From: the human T2T-CHM13v2.0 reference genome, Homo sapiens
Length of the DNA: 64,000 nt
Reading direction: 5' to 3' (one strand)
Assembly: GCF_009914755.1 (NCBI RefSeq)
Contig: NC_060930.1
In this document: piece after piece, positions 37,764-50,151 of the stretch
How the letters are laid out: each line of letters opens with the position of its first letter
Position numbering within the stretch: the stretch's first letter is position 1
Position numbers and translations under genes: made by a program
The notes under the pieces: generated by a model
Database searches by the model: none
The model's input: only the letters and a program-made list of their open reading frames with translations
What the model was told of the DNA's origin: nothing

Positions 37764-38384
37764 TGCTTGCTAACTTTTAAATATCTTTTCTTTATGGCAG
37801 AAGTTACACTTTCAGAATATATAGTCTGTGCCAAATTGTATGTATATTTCCAAAACATCACCATTTTCATCATAGTATCAGCCTATGCCAAAAACTTAGC
37901 TCAGGAGAAAGCCTGAGCTTTCTTAGATGGTGTGTCCAGGAAACAGGGATAGTCATATTTCACAGAACTCTGACAGCATTAGCATGTAATATTTCAGAGT
38001 TTCAACATTTATAAAGAAATTCTGAGTCTGAACTTTGGGTCATTGGCTTCTATACCACTTCTTTTCTGGTTGCTCTTCAAGAAAAACAGAAAATTTAATG
38101 TTGTAGAAAAATTCTCACAGGTCTTTATTTTGTCATATACTTACCACACTTTATATGCCCAAGTGTTTTAAAGTTTTTTTTTCGCTTTCATGTTTATGTT
38201 TATATTCATTATAGTATTTCCAAGTACATAGTTGCTTCAGAAAATTTACAGTCATCTCTGCATAGTGTTAGGGTGATAACTGGACATCATTAAGGACATG
38301 CAGCCTGGGAGGATCGTTAGAAAACCCCAAGCAGGTTTGACATGGTAGCTTCTCAGTCCACAGTCACAGGTGTGCACCAGAATT

Positions 38385-38499
38385 TACACTCCATGAGGCC
38401 AACAATTTTTGCCTGTTCTTGCTTTCACCTTTCTTTCTGCCACTTTAAACCTTGCCTATAACAGAGTAGACACTCAGCAAATATTTGCTAATAAATAAA
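38385..38499 (+). mobile_element. L2 3' end
   Basis: CTCCATGAGG...TTTTTGCCTGTTCTTG...AGAGTAGACACTCAGCAAATATTTGCTAATAAATAA. Confidence 0.65.
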
Positions 38500-38501
38500 G
38501 C

Positions 38502-38608
38502 ATCACTTTATTTTCTCTATTTCAAATGACCTGTTCCAAAAGATACAGGTCTCTCTAGCAGGAGGAGATGAAATAACTTTATTTTCTCTAATCACTTTAT
38601 TTTCTCTA
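38502..38608. repeat. Triplicated 18-mer enclosing a 44-bp copy of 39339-39382
   Basis: ATCACTTTATTTTCTCTA at 38502, 38573 (one mismatch) and 38591; 38528-38571 is 42/44 identical to 39339-39382. Confidence 0.9.
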
Positions 38609-38832
38609 ATTCCACTTAAATGCTGATTTCAAATGAGATGGTTGAAAATTTAGCCTCAGTCATGCTTAGCACTTCTCTGCTTCTGCATTTTTATCAAAGG
38701 GCTGAGATCTATGCAGAGCCAAGTCATAAGTTGTTTTCTCTGAACTAATATTTTTTAAATGTTTAAAATATGCACATGGTCACAATGGAACTCAACTAAA
38801 GCTGAATACTTGTCAAGTTCAAGTCTGGAAGA

Positions 38833-38857
38833 TCTCTCTCTCTCTCTCTCCTCTCTG
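38833..38857. repeat. (TC)n microsatellite
   Basis: About 12 TC units, one interruption. Confidence 0.9.
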
Positions 38858-40269
38858 AGAGCATGAGAAGAACTTTGATGGAGCCTGGAATTAATGGGGT
38901 ATAAAAAAATGGAGAAGTCTTGTACCTATACCCAAAGAGTAGGACAAAGAGGCCCTCTCCAGGTAGATTGATATGGGGAGTAATTGTCTACACAATTACT
39001 GTAACAGGAATGTGCTTATCACACAGATGGTCACATATCTTTTTTTTCTATTTGACTATTTCTTTATAATAGGAAGAATAAATAAATCTATGTGGTAGTT
39101 AACTGTTTCTTAAAGTTGAAACATACAATCTTGACCCAGTGAAAGTCAAAGAAGGTGATTTATGACAGCTCTTTTTTTCTTAGCAAAATTTATAAAGGAA
39201 CAAGAACAAAGTGCTCTGGCACCTCTGAAAGAATAAAACATCCACAATTTACAAAATAAGTGCTTCAAGTGACCTATGACCCAACTGACAGCCTCTTTAA
39301 AAGATGATATAGCTTGCTAAGATAGACAGAAACGTTACGACCTGTTCCGAATGATACAGGTCTCTCTAGCAGGAGGAGATGACATTTTTGACACAGCAAC
39401 AACAAAGGCATTGCCCTGAGAAAGGACGAGTTAGTTTCTCTGGAACATATCTAAATTCAAGTGAAATAATTGATTCACATCAGAACTTTTATTTTACATT
39501 CAGAAATGCTGATATTTCATGAGACAAAAATGAAAAAAGGTAAAGGCAGGAATATATGGTGGAGGTATTGCTGGGGACACTGAACTTGAGGGCGGTTTCT
39601 CTAAAGATTTTCTTGAGAATATTTAAAAATGTTTTCACTGATGCTGATTCAGTTAATATGAGTAACAGGTAAATCCATTCTACATATTCCAATTTGGTAG
39701 AATGTTCATATTCAATGAATAAAAGAATTGCCATTTGAAGAAGTATTAGCAGGAGGAAGTGGAGAGGAAGGAAGAGAAGGGGAAGAAAGAAAGAAAAACG
39801 AAGAGGAATAGGAGGTGACAAAGGAGAATACCAGGATTACAATCAAGATTAGGGCCTGAATTCCCTTTGTAAATATTAAAAGTAGAAGATGAGCTCTTAC
39901 TCTATTTTGAGGATCAATCTAGGCAAATTAATTGAAATGATAATATAAAATAAAATTAATGAATCTTCCACTTTTATATTGTTGGTTTAGATCTTTTCTT
40001 GTGAAACAATAGTAGAAAAGAAATTACGATAATTATATTTGCTCATATTGTTTAAAGAAGACTAATTGCAAATGGCAAAATTGCTTCTTTGTATAGGCAA
40101 ATTAGACTTTTGAAGAAAATTTTAATCATGAGAGTATTATTTCATTATTCTTTTCAAACAATGAATTCATAATTTGGATTTGAGTCCTTGATTATTCTCC
40201 TGGTAGTCTGGCTTAAAGGATTCTTCTCTTGATGAAAAATTCTGAAGATTGGTTATTCTTTTACATTAA

Positions 40270-40651
<382 letters not shown>

Positions 40652-40669
40652 TCTATAAAAGATGTGATC

Positions 40670-40869
40670 CACAGGGAGGGGAACATCACACACCAAGTCC
40701 TGTCAGGGGGTGATGGGCTAGGGGAGGGATAGCATTAGGAGAAACACCTAATATAGATGATGATGGGTTGATGGGTGCAGCAAACCACCATGGCACGTGT
40801 ATACCTGTGTAGCAAACCTGCACCTTCTGCACATGTATCCCTGAACTTAAAGTATAATAAAAATTTTTC
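40670..40869 (+). mobile_element. Short L1PA (about L1PA7-8) 3' end
   Basis: L1 3'UTR; TSD AAAGATGTGATC at 40658-40669 and 40870-40881. Confidence 0.93.
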
Positions 40870-41033
40870 AAAGATGTGATCAATATAGAAGAAATGAGAA
40901 GAAAATATAAATGTCCCATTCACTTCTACCATACTGATTCCTTCTTACATCATCAGAGGTAATCACTACAAAATAATTGAGTACCACCTTCTAGCCCCTC
41001 TTCCTTTACTTTATTGCCTGCATATATGCGCAA

Positions 41034-41054
41034 ACACACACACACACACACACA
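41034..41054. repeat. (CA)n microsatellite
   Basis: About 10 units. Confidence 0.9.
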
Positions 41055-41625
41055 GATGTACATATGTCTTGGCTTTTTGCTTTTTTACATTATTTGGAAA
41101 TAAATTGTGTTGTGGTGAGACTTTTCCATAGTTTTCTTGAGATCACTCCATATCAATATTAATAGGTTCACATTCTTACTGTTTATTGTTTTCTATAATT
41201 CATTGTATAGATGTACTAAAATTTACATAACCACTCTCCTAAAGTCACAATTTTTTTCTGGCTTCAATGATGCAAAGAGCATTTTTTTATACATATCTTT
41301 GGGAGCATATTATTTAGGTGTTAACATTCACAGAAAAGATAAAGCAAACATGTAGATTTTTTTGAAAACATGACTAAGTATATTTTCTGTTTTCACCTTA
41401 TGAGAAAATGTAGGTATTTTAAAGTGAATTATTTATATATTTTGAACTCTCATTATGTCAAAAATATTATTATTAAAAGTCAATAAGTTATCTGTGTTTT
41501 AAAATTAGTATACATACTACATTTAAAATTTAAATAATTTCATGTAATATAATATGTAAAGAGTGCCCCTACATCATTTTAAAACTAATAGAACACCAGA
41601 TATTATCAAAGTTCAAATTATAGTA

Positions 41626-41955
41626 CAGGTTGAGTATCTCTAATTCTGAAATCCAAAATCCAAAACACTAAAAAATTATGAACTTTCTGAGTGCTGACAT
41701 GACTCCACTAGTGGAAAATTTCATACCTGATCTCATATGACAAATGCACACAATTATTAAAAATGTTGCATAAAATTACCTTCAGGCTAATTGTATAAGT
41801 TTTATATGAAACATAATGTATTTTACATTTAAATGTGTGTTCCATTCCTATGATATTTCATTATATGTATGCAAATATTTTAAAAATTGGAAAAAAAATG
41901 TGAAATTTGAAACACGTTTGGTCCAAAGCATTTTGAATAAAGGATACTCAACCTG
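41626..41955. mobile_element. Tigger4b/MER46-type TcMar MITE
   Basis: Terminal inverted repeats CAGGTTGAGTATC...GATACTCAACCTG flanked by TA on both sides. Confidence 0.92.
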
Positions 41956-42667
41956 TATTCTTATATTTTGTTTTAGTAATAGTGATAGCTAAGCACATAT
42001 TCAGGAACAGGCTGAAAAGTAAATATTATGTTTTGAGCCAGGGAGTGGAGGATCAGAGTGATATTTATAAAGTTCCTATGATGTGACAAGCACAGAACTC
42101 TTAATCCTCATATAAACGGTGTGAGGTATATTTTTATCCTACTACATACCTGTGCCTGTGTTTCACTATTAAGTTTATTTTTATGTCAAGATAGATTAGG
42201 AGAAGATACATTTATATCAGCTAAAAAATTTTAAATTTCCTTCCAACTTGGTAATAATCCATTAAATCTAGATTCTTAGGGAGTGCTTATTCAGTCAGCC
42301 TTTTTATCTAGCCTCAAAGTAATGTGGAAATACTGAGAAATGCCCTGCTGAAATCAAGGTGTACTTTGCACATAGAATTCTCCTGATTTTCTTGTATCAT
42401 AACTCAATGTTAAAATGAAGCAAGACTGTTAATATGACTAGTCTAATTGGGCATTTGTTAAGTAATTCCTTTTTCTTCTTTTAAGGACTCAAATCTAATC
42501 TCTAATTTTACCCAGGGTTGTCACCCAGGATGCAGTTTCTGAATTCTGCTGCTGCCATTTTCTTTTGAATATTAAGAAGGAATTTGGCATCTCCAGTCAT
42601 CTGGCAGTTTCCCATTCCCTATGATACTTCAAAGAGTAAAGATAATACTTTTACAATTACAAATAAA

Positions 42668-42785
42668 AGTACTTTGAGGGCAGGATCTTTATCTGTTTTA
42701 CTCCCTGCTGTATGAGCAAACATTTACAACAGTGCTGGCACTTGGTAGGCACTCAATAAATATTTACTGAATCAATATGTGAATT
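42668..42785 (+). mobile_element. L2 3' end
   Basis: TGAGGGCAGGATCTTTATCTGTTTT...ACAGTGCTGGCACTTGGTAGGCACTCAATAAATATTTACTGAAT. Confidence 0.82.
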
Positions 42786-45499
42786 GTTACACTAAACTGG
42801 GATTTAATTTGTTTCTGCCTAAAGATATGAATTTAAAATATTTAAGTGCTGTCTTATCTTCATGCATAACATTTTTTTCTCTCCTAGCCTGAATTTAAAT
42901 TCATGCTTAACCTGTTTTACTATTTTAGTTTGAAGATTCTCTTTTATAGAAAAGACATGACACAGATGTTATTACAACATGAAATCATGTGAGGAAGCTT
43001 TTAGGAAGACAACTCTTCCTAAAAGAGTTTGCCTTCTCAGGTATTCTTCTAAGCAAAGCTTTCTCAGCCCCATATCTACACATGACTGGTTACTCTGAGC
43101 AGACTTTTATCTCTGCTTAGTTCAGTAGTAGGGATCAAGCCAGGGCCATTTATTTCAGACTGTCAAGAAGGTGTAAATTTAAACCTTCCCCTGAAGACTC
43201 TTGTCTAACCTTTAAACTGGAGGTCTGTGGTGGCCCTGAGCACAAATGTAGCTCTCCCAGATAGGGTGATCCTAGGGGAAAATATGCAATGGCTCTTCAA
43301 GGTCCCTCCCTTCTTGTCATGTCACACAGAGATATTTCCTGTCATTTCAGGTCTTCAGTCCTCTATAAATGCCTTTAGAACCATATAGAAGGATTGGAAG
43401 TCATACAACCCACAACGACCTTCAGATTTTTAAAGCCGGAAGATACCTTAATAATCAGGAAACCAGGACCAGACAGAAATGCTATTTGTCTAATTATGAG
43501 GGTGATTAACTCTATTACTTTTCTAGGTAGAAGATTATGACAAATATAAAAGAAAAATTAAAATATACATGTTCACAACCTTTTCTGTCTCTCACAAACA
43601 CATGAACACACATATACATACACACAGCACTTAACCATGTTTTAATTTTTACCCTTTCTGAAGGCAGAACTTTTAAGTCTACACCTATGAGGTTGGTGGA
43701 GAGAAAATTTGAAAGAAGACTAGAAAATCTCTATTGATTTCCATTAGAAAGGCAGATACATCAAACCATATAGATAGAAGAAAGAAAAGAAAAGGTGCGG
43801 AGAAAAAGAGACCCTCCTTCTCAGCTGTGTCTGGGGATAGTTCTAGGGCAGAATGAGTGCTAGGTGGCTGGAACCCAGCTGAGCTACAAGAAGCTAGACT
43901 TGGAGAGATATGTGAGTTGTGAATGGAATTCCTCTCTGGTACTTTTTATGTCTCTCTGTTAAATGTTCAAAATGGTTTTAAATTCTCTTTTAAACACTGG
44001 ATAATTTTTAGGTTTATATATGTTTGTTTGTTATGTTTGTTTTTCTTAATCTAAGACAGATAAAAGACACTTTGCCCAGACTAGTTAGAGGTGAGTGTTG
44101 TTTTCTAACATAAAGAGAAAAAGCCAAAATTTCCTTTCAAGCCAAAATGGAATAACAGAGGACAAACTTCTATACCTACCGAAACAAAACCGTTTTAAAA
44201 ATAAGAAGAAATTTGAAAAAATGGACTTCAAGACACTGAATGTTAGGCAAGAAAGAATGATGATCCCTGAGAGATGGGAAATAAACAAGGTTAGCCCTAT
44301 AATTGCCTTAGCTTTCGGCTTCAGAGAGTTTCCAGGTTGTGGTTCAGCAAGGGGGACATGAAGGGACCTCTCAGACTTTCTGATTTGGACAGACAAAGCT
44401 GAGAGTCTTGGGATACCAAGGTGCTAGAGATTGTGGAAGAGAGTGCTGGACAAGAGAGTGCTGCACAGACAGAGAACCCTGGAGGCTGGTGCTTCTTGAT
44501 TATGCAGCCTAGTATAGCACATCTAAAAATGAGAAAGCTACCCAACACCAGGGAAAGAAATACCCAAAAAGGATTAGAGAGAACAGTTCTAGGAGCTCAT
44601 CCAAGGCTGGGAACAGTGCCTACTCCTATCAATCAAACTGGATATTCTTATAATTCATGAAGCATTGGCTGCAGTGGTCAGAAGCGTTTTGTTTCAGTAA
44701 TAGGGGAAATTAGACTAAATACAGATCTGGTCCCTCTCAAAAATCTTAAAACCAAGAACTGAAAAAAATAGACTATTCTCAGATAACTTAATTGTGTTCC
44801 AGAACAAAACTCAAAGATACTCATAGGAATACAAAAATATTCACAACCTTACCAAGAAAGTTCACAATGTTTGGCATTCAATCAGAAAATGTGAGGAATG
44901 CAAAGAAACAGGATTGCAGGATGTATAATGAGAAAAAAAATAATCAGTTGAAAACAACCTAGAATTGAAATAGATGTTAGAAACAGCAGACAATGACATT
45001 ATAACAGCTATTACAACTGTAGTCCATATTTCTATTGTCTGTGTCTCTACTTAACATTTTGTAGTCCAAAAACTTAAGTTGCGACATGGACAATAAAAAA
45101 AGACTCATGAAAATTTTAGATGTGAAAACTCTAATACCTGAAATTAAAAATATATCAGATCAGATTAACAGCAGATTAAACAGCGCAGAAAAAATGATTA
45201 GTGATCTGAGGACACCACAATAGGACCTATCCAAAATGAAACAAAGACAAAACATAATTTTTTAAAAAATGAATGCAGCATCAGTAAGCTGTGGGCAGCA
45301 CCAAACAGCCTAACACATGTGTACCTAAAAGAGGAAGATGGGGACAAGAAAATTTGAAGAGATAATGACTAACAATTTTCCAAATTTGATAGAAACTATT
45401 AACCCCCACAAAAATCCAAGCACAAGAAAGATAAAGAAAATTACACCAAGTCAACCATGATCAAATTGCTTAAAACCAGTGATAAAGAGAAAATCTTAA

Positions 45500-45977
<478 letters not shown>

Positions 45978-46194
45978 TAAAGATTTTTTTTATACAAAAG
46001 CTGAAATAATTCATCACAAATAGAACTGCAGTCCAAGAAAAGTAAAGTCAGGCAAAAGAAAAATAACACCAGATGGAAATATCTTTCTTCAAAAGTAATA
46101 AAGACCACCTGAAATTGTAACTATGAGAGAAAATATATAAGATTTGTTGTTTTAAATATCTTTAAAAGATAGCTCTTTAAACAAATATATTAAT

Positions 46195-46707
46195 TGCCGA
46201 GACCAGCTTGGTCAGGGAGACCCTAACCCAGCAGTGCTAGAGGAATTAAAGACACACACAGAGAAATATAGAGGTGTGAAGTGGGAAATCAGGAGTCTCA
46301 CAACCTTTGGAGCTGAGAGCCCCAAACAGATATTTACCCACGTATTTATTAACAGCAAGCCAGTCATTAGCATTGTTTCTATAGATATTAGATTAACTAA
46401 AAGTATCCCTTATGGGAAATGAAGGGTTGGGCGGAATTAAAGATATACGTTGGGCTAGTTAACTGCAGCAGGAACATGCCCTTAAGGCATAAATCGCTAA
46501 TGCTATTGTTTGTGGCTTAAGAATGCCTTTAAGCGGTTTTCCGCCCTGTGCGGGCCAGGTGTTCCTTGCCCTCATTCCCGTAAAACCACAACCTTACAGC
46601 TTGGGCGTTATGGCCATTATGAACATGTCACAGTGCTGCAGAGATTTTATTTGTGGCCAGTCTTGGGGCCAGTTTACGGCCAGATTTTGGGGGGCTTGCT
46701 CCCAACA
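46195..46707 (-). mobile_element. MER9a LTR (3' LTR of HERV-K9/HML-3)
   Basis: Minus strand reads TGTTGGGAGCAAGCCCCCCAAAATCTGGCC ... GCTGGTCTCGGCA, 513 bp; polypurine tract AAAGAAGGGAGACA lies immediately upstream. Confidence 0.95.
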
Positions 46708-47951
46708 TGTCTCCCTTCTTTGATTTGCAAAGAGGTAAAAGCAAGGGCAGCTTTGTCACGGTGAGCTACTTCTCACAGGAGTCGGATCTGCATCTGCAGA
46801 CTATACAAAGACAAACAACATAGATTATAAGCACAGTCATCATTGAAATCACAGGGCTTCCAAGTGTTTTTATCCATTTTAATGGGTTACTGGCTGCTAA
46901 TTTGTCTGCAGCTCCTTTAAGCACTCCAGTTCCTGGCATTAAGGTCAGGTGTGCCTGGGATGCTTTAAATATTTGTTCTTTTAATTTTGCTGTATCCAAA
47001 AACAAGTTTGTAGTGTGTCCTTCTAGATGCTTTTTTATTCTTTCCCACATTTTGAGCATTTGATTGTTTCCACAAATCCTTGTTTAGCTCCTAGAACAGG
47101 CCATATCATTCGAGGTTGAGGGGCCACTATACCGCCATGGTTCCAGTTAATAGGAACTTTTGCCGTACTTCTTATCATTTCTACCATCTGACTGTTTTGT
47201 TCAGATCATCTGAACATAGTGTGGCCATGGCACGCAGAGAGGTGCAATTTAAGCTAAACATCCCCTTAGGGGACCAATTAATAATGTTCCCATAGGAATA
47301 GTTGTGCAGCACCTCTGCCTGTTCTGCAATGCAATCTTCCTAAAAAAGTACGTTCATTTTTTCTAACTGGGTCCAATCCTGTTTACAAATAGGTTTTTGA
47401 GGGCGGTATGCCTCAATTATAGGAGCAGATTTATTATGGTAAATACTGAGATCAGAAAGCATGTGTAACTGTGTCCTAGAGTGATTGCATCCAGGCATTA
47501 TTACCAGCCTTTATTGAAGGAATACTCACGGCAGTGGAGATAACCGCTATCATAGCTACCATTAAATTATTCATTTTGACTGGTTGTCCCGCTTTCCTCA
47601 GGTTTTCTTCCACCATCTGTGACAGCTTCTTGATCTGTCCCCAGGTGGGTGGCTGTGTTTGACGGGTGTTGCTCGTGACAGTTGGGGTCCTCCTCAGTGT
47701 CAGCCTCGACATGGCTGCAACTGGGGAGTCCTCGGGATCCTCACGGAGTCTCTTCCTCAGCATCTGGCTCATAATAAGGTTTCAGGTGTCTTGATGATAT
47801 CCAAATTGGCTGTTGATTTTTGCCTGGAGAAATACAAGCATAACCTCTAACCCAAGTTATTATTTTACATGTTTCCCAACTTTTTGTTATTGGATCTTTT
47901 CATCAAATGATGCTAGATTCAATTGTGTATGGGCTGTCCTGTAATCCCTAT
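46708..47951 (-). mobile_element. HERV-K9 (HML-3) internal remnant: integrase C-terminus and internally deleted env
   Basis: Minus-strand translation gives [59 protein letters not shown] (IN), PPTWGQIKKLSQM...NNLMVAMIAVIS (env leader) and WERIKKHLEGH...NPLKWIKTLG (TM). Confidence 0.92.
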
Positions 47952-48713
47952 TATTAATAATAACATAATGTGGGGATTATAATGTATTTAAAAGTGAAAT
48001 ATGATAATAGCACCAAGACTGGGAGGGGGGTAATAAAATATACTAATGTTAAGTTTTTTATAATAAATGTGAAATAGAAGTCGACGAGCTGATTCAAAAA
48101 TTCATATGGAAATGCAAATGACCTTGAATATCCAAAACACATTTGTAAAGAACGAACAAAGTAGGAGTACTAACACTATCTAAGACAGTTATCAAGACAA
48201 TGTATTGTCTCAACATAGAGATAGACAAATAGATCAATACAACTGAATGAATATTCAAGATACTGACTCATGTAGATGGACAATTGAGCTTTGACAAAGG
48301 TTCAAAGAAACTGAGTGGAGAAGATGGTCTTTTCAAAAAATGGTATTGAAGTAACTATATATCTATATTAAACAATTGAGACATAACTTCTACCATATAA
48401 AAAGTTAACTCACAATGTATTACCAACCTAAATGTAAAGCCCAAACTATAAAACATCTAGAAGAACACATAAGATAAAATCTTTGTGACCTTGAATTAAG
48501 CAACAATTTCTTAGCTATAACATCAGAAATAATAATACATAAAAGAAAAGCTTATAAATTGAACTTCATCAAAATTTAAAACTGCTCTTCAAAAGACACT
48601 GTTAAGAGAATGATAAGACTGGGGAAAATATTTGCAAAATATACAGCTGATAAAGGACTTTTATCTAGAATATATAAAGAACTTTTAAAACTCAACAAGA
48701 ATAGTCCCCAATA

Positions 48714-49249
48714 AACAGGTACAAAGTTACAGTCAGGAAGAATAAGTTCTGGCGTTCTATTTCACAGCACAGTGACTATAGCAAATACATTATATTTGTT
48801 AACAATGTGGTGTATATTTCAAGATAGCTAGAAGAGAAAATTTTCAATGTTATCACCACAAAGAAATGATAAAATTTATAGGTAATGGATGGAGAAATTA
48901 CTCTGATTTTATTGTTACACATTGTATACATGTATTGAACATCCCTTTGTACCCCATAAATATGTACAATTATGTATCAATTATAAATAAAAATCATATT
49001 TATTTATAAAAATAAAATTAACATTGCTTGAAGGTTTTAAAAGTTTGTAATAGTTTCTTTAAAAACAGCTGTATTAAATAATACTTACATATAATAAATA
49101 GCACCTATTTAAAGTAAAAATTTGATGAGTTTGATATGTGACATATATCCACAAAACCATCACCACAATAAAAATAATAAACATCACTTTTATTTTTTAT
49201 TTATAAAAATAAAAATTATTTTTTATTTACAATGAAAACTGTTTTTAAA
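48714..49249 (+). mobile_element. L1MA 3' end (48714-~48993) with an expanded tail containing an inverted templated insert
   Basis: L1MA 3'UTR (GGTACAAAGTTACAG...TACCCCATAAATATGTACAATT); TSD AAGAATAGTC(C/T)(C)CAATA at 48697-48713 and 49250-49265. Confidence 0.85.
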
Positions 49250-50151
49250 AAGAATAGTCTCAATATATTAAATAGGCCAAGGTTTTGAACAAACGCTTCT
49301 TCAAAAAAGATGTATGGATGGCAAATATGCATACAATAGACACTCAACCTCATTAGTCACCGGGGAAAACCAGAATAAGCTACTACTACTACACACATAT
49401 TACAACGTCTAAAATTTGAAAGTCTGATGATGTAAGTGTTGATGAGAATGTGAAGGGCCTAGAACTAACACACTGCTGTTGGGAATGTGAAATGGTACAA
49501 GCACTCTGAAAGACAATTTGATACTTTCTTGAAAAGTTAAACATACTCTGACCATATGACCCATCTATTGCACTCTTGATATTTACCCAAAGGAAAGGAA
49601 GGCTTACATTCATACAAATAATTGTATTCAATTATACATAGTGCTTTATTTGTAATAGCAAAAACCTGGACAACTCAAATATCCTTAAACAAGAAAATGA
49701 ATAAAAAATAGTGTTATATCCATCAATGAAATATTACATAATAATAAACAGAAATGAATTATTGATATATTCAATACTATGGATGAAAATCAAAATAGTT
49801 ATGCTGAGTGATAGAAGCCAGACAAAAAGAAGTGCATCCTATATGCTTCCATTTTTATCAAATGCTAGAAAATGTGAATTTATCTACAGTGACAACAGAT
49901 AAGTGATTGCCTGAGGATGGGAGGTTGCATGGGATTTTGAAGGGATTACAAAGATACATGAAAAAACTTTTTGGAGTGAAGCGATGTTCATTATTTTTAT
50001 TGTGGTGATGGTTTTTTGGATATATGTCACATGTCAAAATTCATCAGATTTTTACTTTAAATAGGTGCTATTTATTATATGTAAATATTCTTTAATACAG
50101 CTGTTGATAAAGAAATTATTAAAAACTTTTAAAACCTTCAAGCAATGTTAA
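49018..50151. repeat. Inverted repeat pair: 49018-49189 vs 49979-50151
   Basis: Manual alignment gives about 13 differences over 173 bp (~92% identity). Confidence 0.92.

Noticed and set aside
38502-38608. CRISPR-like repeat-spacer array
   Set aside because: Only three AT-rich repeats, two of them adjacent, in primate DNA with no cas genes; better explained as a repair scar.
39489-39821. 110-aa hydrophobic minus-strand ORF
   Set aside because: Starts in the complement of a GA-rich low-complexity patch; no recognisable domain or splice context.
48994-49249. L1 3' transduction as the source of the extra sequence inside the L1MA TSDs
   Set aside because: The extra sequence is an inverted copy of DNA at this same locus and appears less diverged than expected for an L1MA-age event.
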